DNA of 19,103 bases from Candidatus Heimdallarchaeota archaeon (GCA_019057635.1 DXJL01000124.1:1-19103), one strand, 5' to 3'. Shown: positions 6,934 to 15,676, counted from the first letter of the stretch. A program made the numbers and translations. The notes: generated from the sequence alone by a model not told the origin.

Positions 6934-7544
6934 GTTCTGCTAAACCTCCTGAATTTTATTTTGAGTGTCAACAGAGTGGTTTTTGTTGTTGTGATCCAAA
7001 AATTATTGTTACTACAACTTTTCTCGATATTCATAGCTTATATTTAGCGCTAGAGAGAGAATTTGAATACCTCCTGAAAAAATTATCATTTTACAGGATC
7101 GATACTGACTTAAGTCCTGAATTACGGAAGAAATTAGTTCTCTCAGCTATCCACACAACTGATGGTGAAATAATTCCAGGTCTGAGGAAAATTAATGGGC
7201 AAAATTGTGTCTTTTACACCAGACCAAATTGCTCAATTTATCGATATCGGCCACGTGCCTGTAAAAACTACCCCATTGCTTTTCTTGGTAACAAATCTAA
7301 GAATCGATTCATTTGGGCAAAGGATTCGGAAAAAGTTTGTCCTGGAGTAGGAAAAGGTAGACTCTTATCTCTTACTACTTTAATTCAAGAAGGAAAAATG
7401 ACTCTAGAAGATATTCAGGCCCATAATGATCTTATCAATGAACTGAACACTGAAGCTTCAAAGGGAACGCCATTATCAGCGAGAGAAGTAATTTGGTTGT
7501 TCATAGTCTATGCTGAAAAGTATCTTTCGACAAAAGAAGAATAA
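6930..7544 (+). CDS. YkgJ/UPF0153 family cysteine-cluster (putative Fe-S/Zn) protein
   Basis: FECQQSGFCC, NCVFY, CSIYRYRPRACKNYP and CPGVGKG motifs. Confidence 0.88.
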   Translation: MSSAKPPEFYFECQQSGFCCCDPKIIVTTTFLDIHSLYLALEREFEYLLKKLSFYRIDTDLSPELRKKLVLSAIHTTDGEIIPGLRKINGQNCVFYTRPNCSIYRYRPRACKNYPIAFLGNKSKNRFIWAKDSEKVCPGVGKGRLLSLTTLIQEGKMTLEDIQAHNDLINELNTEASKGTPLSAREVIWLFIVYAEKYLSTKEE

Positions 7545-7575
7545 TTCCCTATTAACCGTTTATTAGTTAAAGGAG

Positions 7576-9165
7576 TCAGTTCTTCCAGACTAATGCTTTC
7601 TTGTAATCACTTATTTCTTTTTCTATTTCTTCTGAGGACCATCCTAATAGGTTTCCCATATGGTGAGCGATCGCTTCAATGCAATCCAAACCTTGTTCAA
7701 ATGATAATTGAATCTGTGTTCGTCGAAATAACACATCTCGTAAAGTGATTGCTTTTTCATACTTAACAAAATAATTGATTTCACCGAAAATATAAGGACG
7801 ATGATTTGTAATAACTTTCATTAGCTGAGGATCTTCTTTTGCTTCATCTAGCATTTTGATATAATTATCTCCATATCTCAATAAGTGTTGAGAGACTTGC
7901 TCTGACAAATTATACCTGATCATCATATTCTCACATGCGATTCTTGACCAAGCGTCCCAACCCTGACGTTTAGTTGAAACCCAGCCATTCAATGGAACCT
8001 TGTCTGTAGTAGATTTTGTTTTATCCCCGAGAATTTTCGTAATTTTGTCCACCATTTCTTTTGCCATTGTTCGATAAGTGGTAAATTTTCCTCCCGCTAT
8101 AGCAAAAGTATTTGGTCTAACCATGCGAATCTCATGATTTCGTGAAACATCCGATTCTGATTTGGCAGAGTTAGAGAGAATTAAGGGGCGTAAACCTGAG
8201 TATGCACTGATGATATCTTGTTCTGTGAGAGAACCAGGAAACAAAAAGTTCACTGCGTCGATCAGGTAATTTACGTCTTCCTTTGTTACTGGAATATAAT
8301 CAAAATCTTCCACATAATCTGTGTCCGTTGTCCCAACTAACAAATTCTGCCCAAATGGAACAATAAATATTATCCTTCCATCTTCAACAGGGATAACAAC
8401 GGCATGATCTAGGTTATAGAACCGTTTTGTAATTAGATGAACTCCTTTTGTAGGTCGAACACGCGAATGCGATGAAGGGGCGATTCGTTGTACCATTTTA
8501 TCGCTCCAATGACCACAAGCTAAAACTAGTGTTTTTGTTTGGACTGTAAATACATGCTTGTTCGTTTGATCACGCATCGTTACCGTGTCTATTCCCTCTG
8601 GACTTTGTAAATGGAAATCTTCAGCCGAACAATAATTCAAAATGTCAGCTCCTGCTTTTTCTGCAGACAACATGACCTCAAGAGTCAATCGAGCATCATC
8701 CATTTGGCCATCACCATATATTGCTGCTCCTTGAAAATTCGTATCACGAATAGAGTTTGGTAGTAGCATCTTTGCTTTTTCAGGGCCTAGTATTCTGTGA
8801 AATGAGTAATTTCGAAAATTAGCAAAAAGATCATAGAGCCAGACTGCTAATCTCATTTTTTTCTTTGTCAGAATAGTATCAGAATGAAGAGGAACAAGAA
8901 ATTTCAAAGGCCGTGTTATATGTGGTGCCATTTCAAGGATTTTTTTTCTTTCAATTGATGCTTCACGAACGAGACGAAACTCTTTTTGGCCAATATAGCG
9001 TATTCCTGCGTGTACAAGTTTGGATGAACCACTACTTGTTCCATAACCAAAATCATCTTTCTCAACTAATGCAACTGTAAGACCTCTTAGAGCAGCATCC
9101 CGAGCGATACCTGCACCTGTTATACCTCCTCCTATAATAAGGATATCATAGTTAGTTTTACTCAT
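7576..9165 (-). CDS. glpD: FAD-dependent glycerol-3-phosphate dehydrogenase/oxidase (GlpD/GlpA family)
   Basis: DILIIGGGITGAGIARDAALRGL, GTSSGSSKLVHAGIRY, DDARL, TKGVHL, GTTD, YSGLRPL, SRNH, GGKFTTYR and DVLFRRT. Start moved to ATG 9165 to avoid overlap with TatD. Confidence 0.93.
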   Translation of the reverse strand: MSKTNYDILIIGGGITGAGIARDAALRGLTVALVEKDDFGYGTSSGSSKLVHAGIRYIGQKEFRLVREASIERKKILEMAPHITRPLKFLVPLHSDTILTKKKMRLAVWLYDLFANFRNYSFHRILGPEKAKMLLPNSIRDTNFQGAAIYGDGQMDDARLTLEVMLSAEKAGADILNYCSAEDFHLQSPEGIDTVTMRDQTNKHVFTVQTKTLVLACGHWSDKMVQRIAPSSHSRVRPTKGVHLITKRFYNLDHAVVIPVEDGRIIFIVPFGQNLLVGTTDTDYVEDFDYIPVTKEDVNYLIDAVNFLFPGSLTEQDIISAYSGLRPLILSNSAKSESDVSRNHEIRMVRPNTFAIAGGKFTTYRTMAKEMVDKITKILGDKTKSTTDKVPLNGWVSTKRQGWDAWSRIACENMMIRYNLSEQVSQHLLRYGDNYIKMLDEAKEDPQLMKVITNHRPYIFGEINYFVKYEKAITLRDVLFRRTQIQLSFEQGLDCIEAIAHHMGNLLGWSSEEIEKEISDYKKALVWKN

Positions 9166-9229
9166 TTTTTGGATAGTGGGTTCCCGGTATTTATGATTTT
9201 TCACAGTTCTTGCCTCGATCTCTGAATTG

Positions 9230-9973
9230 TTATATATTGAAGAATTTTTCCGTATTTCGGGTTGTAATCTCATCTACTTCTTCGATAGATGAATTCTTTA
9301 GTCTGGCTAACTCTTCAATGGCATATTTAATGTTTGCTGGTTCATTACGCTTTTTTGGTATGGGACTAAGAAAGGGGGAATCAGTTTCTACTACAACATG
9401 CTCTAAAGGTGTCTTTCGTGCTATCTTGCGATGTTTCTTTCGATTAACTACTGCTGTTGGTATTGATATCTTCCATCCTAAATCAATTACTCTGGTTGTT
9501 TCACTGATGTTCCCTGCAAAACAATGCATTAGAATAGGTACATTGGCGAAACGTTCCAAAATATCAATGCAATCTGATTCCGCTTTCCGAGAGTGTATGA
9601 CTAATGGTTTCTCAAGAGTATTCGCAAGCTCTATAAATTGTTTAAAGATATCTTGTTGCTTACTTCGCCATTGGGATTCATGTATCCAGTGATAATCCAG
9701 CCCAACTTCCCCAATCGCAACTATAGAGGTGTTTTGACTTATTAATTCAATTGTCTCGTCAAATGGTATCTCTTTAATCCTCTGTGGGGCAAACCCCAGT
9801 GTGGTAAAAATAAACCCTGGATGAGTTTCTGCGAGCTGAATAGCAAAAGTAAATTGATGGGGTTCAATTGCACTATTTATTACAGCCTGAAGACCCGTTT
9901 TTTTCGCATTATCTATTACCGTATCAATATTTTTCATGAAGTCTGGTAATAAATGTGCATGTGCATCGATCAT
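9230..9973 (-). CDS. tatD: TatD family metal-dependent hydrolase/DNase
   Basis: DAHAH, IGEVGLDY, HSRKAE, HCF, ETDSPFL and RNEPAN motifs. Confidence 0.95.
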   Translation of the reverse strand: MIDAHAHLLPDFMKNIDTVIDNAKKTGLQAVINSAIEPHQFTFAIQLAETHPGFIFTTLGFAPQRIKEIPFDETIELISQNTSIVAIGEVGLDYHWIHESQWRSKQQDIFKQFIELANTLEKPLVIHSRKAESDCIDILERFANVPILMHCFAGNISETTRVIDLGWKISIPTAVVNRKKHRKIARKTPLEHVVVETDSPFLSPIPKKRNEPANIKYAIEELARLKNSSIEEVDEITTRNTEKFFNI

Positions 9974-10216
9974 TACTCATACCTACGCTTTACTAAAATG
10001 AAATTGAGTGTGCTCTTTGTTTCAAGTGTATCTGTGAAAGGAAAGCTTATCAACTTATTATTTTAGTATTTAGTGTCGGTGCTGTAAGAGCATTAAATTT
10101 CCTTCCCTTTCATTCTGATATTCCCAATGCAGAACTCAATAAGCTTAAGAATGATATGAGAGAATTGGTCATACAAGCAAAAACTGAATCTACAAAATTT
10201 CTATACTAATCGAATC

Positions 10217-10224
10217 TTTATAAA
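10217..10224 (+). promoter_or_regulatory. putative TATA box of the nucleotidyltransferase gene
   Basis: TTTATAAA about 65 nt upstream of ATG 10288. SD GAGGT is at 10277-10281. Confidence 0.5.
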
Positions 10225-10287
10225 ATCTAAAATCATCAGAGAATTAATAGACCTAATGGGTCTCTTTTCATCAATAGAGGTCTTATC

Positions 10288-11286
10288 ATGGAAGAATCAG
10301 AGTTAAGAGAACTTATTCGTGAATATGCAATGCAAGTACGTCTTGATCAAGGTGAAGCATCATTAACCTCGGTTCTCAAGCATGTGATAGCAGAAAACCC
10401 GGGAATGAAAACTCAAGTAAGGTCTTCGGTTGCGCTAATAAAAGAATTAATCGGAGAGGTAAATTCGATGGAAGAAAACGATCTGAGTGAGAGCTCAAGC
10501 GGAATTTCTGTGGATGAGTCAAGCGAATATGAAATGTTGGTCAAATTAGTCAGTCAAAAGTTGTTAGATTCTCCTGAATTGAAAAAAGACATCAAGAGCC
10601 TGATGATTTATGGATCCTACGCAAAGAAATTGCACGTTGTCGGAGACAGTGATATCAACTTTTTAATCGTCCTTACAGCTAATAAAAAATCGGAGGACGC
10701 AATTGAAGCAATAACTAGCATCGCGGAAGAAATTGTTACACCTGAAATCGCTCACATCTTTGATCTTATGATTTTAAAAGAAGATGATATCTCAGATTTG
10801 GAAAAATTTGAACATGTATTTACCTACATTCATGCTCTTTATGCAAAAGAAGGGGAACTCATCTACGGTGAAAATCTATTCAAAGATCTTAAATTTACTA
10901 ACAAAAATATTCAAGATGCTGCGAAATTATTAATTGAAGATTCTATATCCCAATTCTTCGAGATAGAAAAAACTGCAAAGGAAGAAGGCTTACCTGAAGA
11001 TGAACTTGATTATTTACTTGGCTCATCAATTATTGATATTGCTTTTGGTCTTTCTTGTTACAAAGCAGGGGTAAAATCTGTCAAAATGGATCTTGTGAAA
11101 CCTGATATTCATGAAGAAATTATTGAAGTTTGGGGAACCGATTCTGAATTTTCCAGCTTCTATCCACTCTTTGAAAAAGCGCATGCATTCAAACTTAGTA
11201 TTAAGCTCCCTGAATCTGATAACTTTAGGGAAGATTGCGAAAATTTTATACAAAAAGTTATTGAATATACAGGGTTATCAGGATAA
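10288..11286 (+). CDS. multidomain protein: archaeal GluRS N-terminal-like helical domain + acidic linker + Pol-beta-type nucleotidyltransferase + C-terminal helical (HEPN/substrate-binding-like) domain
   Basis: NTase motif IYGSYAK.....DSDINFLIV with a later FDLMIL strand. Residues ~1-62 (LRELIREYA...A....V...VIAENP.MK.......IKELIGEVNSM) match the pattern of the archaeal GluRS N-terminal extension. Confidence 0.75.
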   Translation: MEESELRELIREYAMQVRLDQGEASLTSVLKHVIAENPGMKTQVRSSVALIKELIGEVNSMEENDLSESSSGISVDESSEYEMLVKLVSQKLLDSPELKKDIKSLMIYGSYAKKLHVVGDSDINFLIVLTANKKSEDAIEAITSIAEEIVTPEIAHIFDLMILKEDDISDLEKFEHVFTYIHALYAKEGELIYGENLFKDLKFTNKNIQDAAKLLIEDSISQFFEIEKTAKEEGLPEDELDYLLGSSIIDIAFGLSCYKAGVKSVKMDLVKPDIHEEIIEVWGTDSEFSSFYPLFEKAHAFKLSIKLPESDNFREDCENFIQKVIEYTGLSG

Positions 11287-11296
11287 TAAAACTAAA

Positions 11297-11902
11297 TTAT
11301 TTTCTTTCATCTCTAAGATAACCTTCTCTCTCCAAATATGATTTGAGGAATAAAAAATCTGTTTGATAGCCTTCGAGCTCATTTAGCGCGTAGGAATGAA
11401 ATGAATCTGCCTGTTCTCGGGTAATCCATTGTTTTTTCGAGTATACTGATGCCTGATTCATAACATCTATATGATCAGCAATTCTAGCAATCCTAAATTC
11501 TTCCGTATCATTGTCTCCCATTAGGTCTAGAAATAAAACTCCTATTTCTTGACTTAACTGGTTGGTAATACGTGTTACTGCCCCTTCCTCAATATTTTGA
11601 AGAAAGGCTGAAATTTTTTGAGGATCGGCTAAATTAAAAATACTTTTATCAATATCCATATACTCAGATTCAGGAAAATCATGAAAAAGTGCATGTAACA
11701 CGGCTTTTTCTGTGTTAAGAAGAGGTTTATTTACTTGAGTTTTTCTTAAGATATTTTCCTCTGCACAAAAGAAGTATGTAAGAATACTAACAGCCCAAGA
11801 ATGATCTGCTAAAGATTCAATATCACATTTTGGAACTCCAGCTCGGATCCAACCAGTACGCAGCAAAGATTTCATTAATCCAATGTTCTTCATCAAAATC
11901 AA
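11297..11902 (-). CDS. HD-domain hydrolase, YfbR/HDDC2-like 5'-deoxynucleotidase family
   Basis: RTGWIRAGV..ESLADHS, ALFHDFPE...DI, EE and ADHID motifs. Confidence 0.9.
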   Translation of the reverse strand: MILMKNIGLMKSLLRTGWIRAGVPKCDIESLADHSWAVSILTYFFCAEENILRKTQVNKPLLNTEKAVLHALFHDFPESEYMDIDKSIFNLADPQKISAFLQNIEEGAVTRITNQLSQEIGVLFLDLMGDNDTEEFRIARIADHIDVMNQASVYSKKQWITREQADSFHSYALNELEGYQTDFLFLKSYLEREGYLRDERK

Positions 11903-12006
11903 AACATTACACCATAATAATTAGAGAAAAAAATACAGATGATTCAAAGTAGAAAATCCAAATAGTTTTTTATCCCTTCCCCCCTTGGGAATCGGAAATA
12001 AAAATG

Positions 12007-12297
12007 TCATGCTTTCATATAGACAGTTAATCGTCTATTTGAAAACGCTTTTTTCAAGATTTTTTTCTCTTCCAAATCGGTTAATAGTTGCTTTGCCGCA
12101 GAAACGCGGATATCATTACGTGCAGCTATTTCCTGAGGAGTAACAACGATAGATTTCCGTTTTTCATATTCAGTGGTTAGATCTTTCAGCATAGCGTTAT
12201 ATTCGTCACCTACGAGTAATGATCGTTCATAACTAGTATACTCGAAGACTTTACCCCATCTTCGTTTTTTACGTACCCTTTTATCAGATATGCTCAT
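12007..12297 (-). CDS. rps25e: 30S ribosomal protein S25e (eS25)
   Basis: KKRRWGK N-terminal motif and VVTPQEIA.R.DIRVSAAKQLL.DLE.K.I......RRLTVY winged helix. ATG 12297 has GGAG upstream. Confidence 0.88.
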   Translation of the reverse strand: MSISDKRVRKKRRWGKVFEYTSYERSLLVGDEYNAMLKDLTTEYEKRKSIVVTPQEIAARNDIRVSAAKQLLTDLEEKKILKKAFSNRRLTVYMKA

Positions 12298-12447
12298 CTT
12301 AATCGACTCCAATCAGCCTACTTGACAGGTACTGTTCTTTTCTCCTTTGATATATGAAGGGTTCGATTGGATTGCCTAATTGTTTTTAAAATGCAGTTGT
12401 TTAATTCCTATATACTTTGTCATAAAGGAACTAAATGTGAGTAATAT

Positions 12448-13158
12448 ATGCTTGGAACATTGATCAATTGTCTGGCTGTTATATGTGGAACAATAATCGG
12501 AGTTACTATGGGAAAAGTATTCTTTTCTGATGAAATGAAACAAATCACCATAAAAAGTATCGGTTTATTGACAATGATGCTTGGAGTTCAAATGTTTCTG
12601 AAGTATCCTTTATCAGAAATGGAATTCCTAGTTTTAATGTTTTCTTTAGTTCTAGGTGGGATAATTGGAGTATTGATCAAGATTGAAGATAACATCGAAA
12701 AGCTGGGAGAATGGTTTAAAGATCGAGCTAAAAACTCAGAAAGTACTTTTGTAGAGGGTTTTGTTGTTGCTTCCATCATTTTTGAAACTGGACCGCTAGC
12801 AATTCTTGGATCAATAAAAGATGGCATTAGTCAAGAATTAGATTTATTACTGATAAAATCTGGATTGGATGGAATAATGTCAATCGTGCTATCGGCAACA
12901 CTGGGAATAGGTGTAATTTTTAGTGTAGTTCCAATATTAGTGTACCAGGGCTCAATTACATTGATTTCAGTGCTGGTAGGTCCCCAGCTAAGTGAATCGG
13001 TTCAAGGGATGATAAGTGTTGTCGGAGGCGTGTTAATTCTCGGATTAGGTATTCGGATATTAGAGATAAAAGATATCCCTGTAGGAGATATGACTCCCTC
13101 TATATTACTAGTCATTCCTTTTACATTAATTTTTGAAATGATTCAAGTAATGCTTTGA
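12448..13158 (+). CDS. DUF554 (YdfK/YqgA-like) membrane protein
   Basis: MLGTLIN..AVI.G..IG, FVEGFVVAS, GPLAILGSIKDG, KS.LDG, GIGVIFS and YQGSITL motifs, with multiple TM helices. Confidence 0.92.
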   Translation: MLGTLINCLAVICGTIIGVTMGKVFFSDEMKQITIKSIGLLTMMLGVQMFLKYPLSEMEFLVLMFSLVLGGIIGVLIKIEDNIEKLGEWFKDRAKNSESTFVEGFVVASIIFETGPLAILGSIKDGISQELDLLLIKSGLDGIMSIVLSATLGIGVIFSVVPILVYQGSITLISVLVGPQLSESVQGMISVVGGVLILGLGIRILEIKDIPVGDMTPSILLVIPFTLIFEMIQVML

Positions 13159-13172
13159 TTTACACTTATCAA

Positions 13173-14054
13173 TTACTTAAATGTAAACTGAATAAGTTTG
13201 ATTATTCCCTCTGACATAAAGCCAAAGACACCAATGGTCATACAAATCTTGAGGATACGTTTTATTGAGGTAGTATTGCGGATAATCAGGTCTTCTGGTT
13301 GATTGAATAATTGAGGGATTGTGTACAGAATTGATCCAATAATCAAGAGAACGGCAATAAAGAATGGGATACTTGAATAGTATCCTAAGATTATTGGAAA
13401 TGGGATTACAACAACGAGACTTAATAGGATGATATATGCGAGATTTCGAGCAGGCTTTACTCCATAGCGTAAAGCAATTGATTGCACATTCTCTAATTTG
13501 TCACCATATACATCTTCTATATCTTTTATGAGCTCTCTTCCCAAATTTATTAGAAAGGCAAAAGAGGCGGGATAAATTAGAGTATTGTAGCTCTGGGTAA
13601 CGAACCCTCCGAAAACGAATGGAATTGCAGCTAATAAAGCCACGATTAAATTACCTGGAAAACCCGATCGTTTGAAGCGTGCGCCATAAAGATAGAGAAG
13701 AATGCCTCCACTCAACGCTAAAAGGACTGCAATATAGTCAATTAAAACAGCAAATAATAACCCTAGTGCAAGTGTAATAACAGAAAACCATTTTGCTCCT
13801 TTTAAACTAACAGAACCAGAAGGTATAGGACGATGGGGAACATTGATTTTGTCAATTTCGATATCAAATATGTCATTAATTGCATAACCATATGCAGAAA
13901 TGAATCCAGTCGTAATACATCCAAATACAATGTACCAGATTTGAGTTGTCGTCAAAGGAGCAGATAGAGCCGCTAAAGCACCTATGGCGACTGCAGATCC
14001 AGCTAATACGGAATTCAAAGGTCGTCCAAGAATAAAATAAGATTGTACAGACAT
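13173..14054 (-). CDS. digeranylgeranylglyceryl phosphate synthase (UbiA prenyltransferase family)
   Basis: RPLN, NDIFDIEIDKINVPHRPIPSG, K..GFPGNLIVA and GRELIKDIEDVYGD motifs, with multiple TM segments. Confidence 0.88.
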   Translation of the reverse strand: MSVQSYFILGRPLNSVLAGSAVAIGALAALSAPLTTTQIWYIVFGCITTGFISAYGYAINDIFDIEIDKINVPHRPIPSGSVSLKGAKWFSVITLALGLLFAVLIDYIAVLLALSGGILLYLYGARFKRSGFPGNLIVALLAAIPFVFGGFVTQSYNTLIYPASFAFLINLGRELIKDIEDVYGDKLENVQSIALRYGVKPARNLAYIILLSLVVVIPFPIILGYYSSIPFFIAVLLIIGSILYTIPQLFNQPEDLIIRNTTSIKRILKICMTIGVFGFMSEGIIKLIQFTFK

Positions 14055-14181
14055 TCTAGTTCATCTAGGTCCTTCTTTCCCAGTAAAAAAGGAAATCACA
14101 CTTTTGTATTTATTTGTTTGGCGAGATTCTCAACTATAAAAGAAGAAAATTTTGGTGTAAAATTAGTTTAATTAGAATATT

Positions 14182-14211
14182 AAAAAGAAAAAAGTAAGAA
14201 AAAAGGGGGTT
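14182..14211 (-). terminator. oligo-T terminator of the stomatin gene
   Basis: Minus strand reads AACCCCCTTTTTTCTTACTTTTTTCTTTTT just after the stop. Confidence 0.65.
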
Positions 14212-14218
14212 AGAAGAA

Positions 14219-15109
14219 TTATTCGTCTGCCTTCTTCTTATCCTTTGTGGGAATTTTCTTTAGCCCAAGGACACCTACAGGTGGTAAACCTCCATCTCCA
14301 GATGGTCTTCCTAGGCTACCCGCACCTGAAAATCCTGCAATAGGTATATTAGCAGGTATCATCATTATGGTTGCTCCACCTTCAGTTGCTGCTTCAAATA
14401 GCAAGTTTATCCAACGTAATTCCATAGCGATTGGTGATTTAGCATATTTATTAGCTGCTTCTATCATTCCATCTGCTGCTTCCTTTTCTGCTTGGGCAAG
14501 TGTGATACGAGCACGTCGTTCCCTTTCAGCTTCCGCTTGACGGGAAATTGCTTCTTGTAACCTTGCTGGGACGACAACATCACGAATTTCTACACTCATG
14601 ATTTTTATACCCCACTTTTCAGTTTTCTCATCGACAATTTCTTGCATATGACTGGCAATCTTCTCCCGTTCAGCTAATACTTCATCCAGCTCGACTTGTC
14701 CAGTCACTTCTCGTAATGTTGTTTGAGCAACCCACTGGGTGGCGGATTGATAGTGTTCAACTTCTAAGATTGTCTTTTCAACATCTACAACCTTAAAGAA
14801 CAACACAGCATCAATAGTAACGGGAACATTATCTCTGGTTAAGCTCTGTTCAGAACGGAAGGAGTAAGTTTGGATTCGAGTGGAAATGATTGAGGGAATT
14901 TTATCAATACCAGGAATAATCCAGAAAAATCCTGGCCCCTTTAAGCCTTGATATCGACCAAGTCGCAGAACAGGTGCCCGTTCCCATTCTTTGATAATCT
15001 TAATTCCACTGACGAGATAAATCAATACAAGTATCAGACCAAACAATCCAAAAAACAGTAGCATAACATCTGTGCCCGCATCTTGGGCAAAAAAATTCAG
15101 TATTTCCAT
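14219..15109 (-). CDS. SPFH/Band 7 stomatin-like (slipin) membrane protein
   Basis: N-terminal TM, IKEWERA.VLRLGR, GPGF, TRDNVPV.IDAV, AQTTLR.V.G..ELDE.LAERE and QAEAERERRA motifs. ATG 15109 is preceded by an AGGTGA SD. Confidence 0.95.
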   Translation of the reverse strand: MEILNFFAQDAGTDVMLLFFGLFGLILVLIYLVSGIKIIKEWERAPVLRLGRYQGLKGPGFFWIIPGIDKIPSIISTRIQTYSFRSEQSLTRDNVPVTIDAVLFFKVVDVEKTILEVEHYQSATQWVAQTTLREVTGQVELDEVLAEREKIASHMQEIVDEKTEKWGIKIMSVEIRDVVVPARLQEAISRQAEAERERRARITLAQAEKEAADGMIEAANKYAKSPIAMELRWINLLFEAATEGGATIMMIPANIPIAGFSGAGSLGRPSGDGGLPPVGVLGLKKIPTKDKKKADE

Positions 15110-15258
15110 TTTTTTCACCTAATTAACATTCTTCTTGAATAACAGTCACATTTTGACTAGAAAATTATATAATTTAAATCCTCACTTCACGGAAAGCAGT
15201 GAAATAAAAAAATTCAGTAAACTGATATTTCTAGTGGTTGAATTCAGGTAACGTTCAG

Positions 15259-15672
15259 ATGGCTTCGAATCACATACTTGTTGAATTTTCCATCGCTGGC
15301 CAGAATGAATACGGTCGTGGTATATTAGATCGTGACATTGCATCCCGTACAGTGGCTTTAATTAATTATCAACTTCGGAATGCTATTCAAACACGAATTG
15401 TGGTTCGAAATGGGGAAGTAAATTTTCCATTTAAGATCGGCAGAGCAGGCCCTGAAAACGCAAAGAAATTTGTAAGGAAGGGGGACATCGGGTATTGGAC
15501 ACAAAGTCACGTTCTAATTGTCTTCTTACTTAGCAAAGAAATTGCATATCCAGTTAATATCGTTGGCCAGATTCAACAGGGGAACATAAAATTTTTCGAA
15601 AAACTGAGAATTGGCCGTTCTATTAAAATAGAGAGAGTACAGAGCGCTATCGATGAGGAGGATTACCTCTAA
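15259..15672 (+). CDS. cyclophilin-like fold protein (DUF369/TM1367-like)
   Basis: ENAKKFVRKGDIGYW....LIVF and PVNIVG.I pattern. Probable start is ATG 15259. Confidence 0.75.
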   Translation: MASNHILVEFSIAGQNEYGRGILDRDIASRTVALINYQLRNAIQTRIVVRNGEVNFPFKIGRAGPENAKKFVRKGDIGYWTQSHVLIVFLLSKEIAYPVNIVGQIQQGNIKFFEKLRIGRSIKIERVQSAIDEEDYL

Positions 15673-15676
15673 ACTA

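Noticed and set aside
10288-11286. Active MNT-HEPN toxin-antitoxin or defence system
   Set aside because: There is no RxxxxH RNase motif, no separate HEPN gene and no defence or mobile context.
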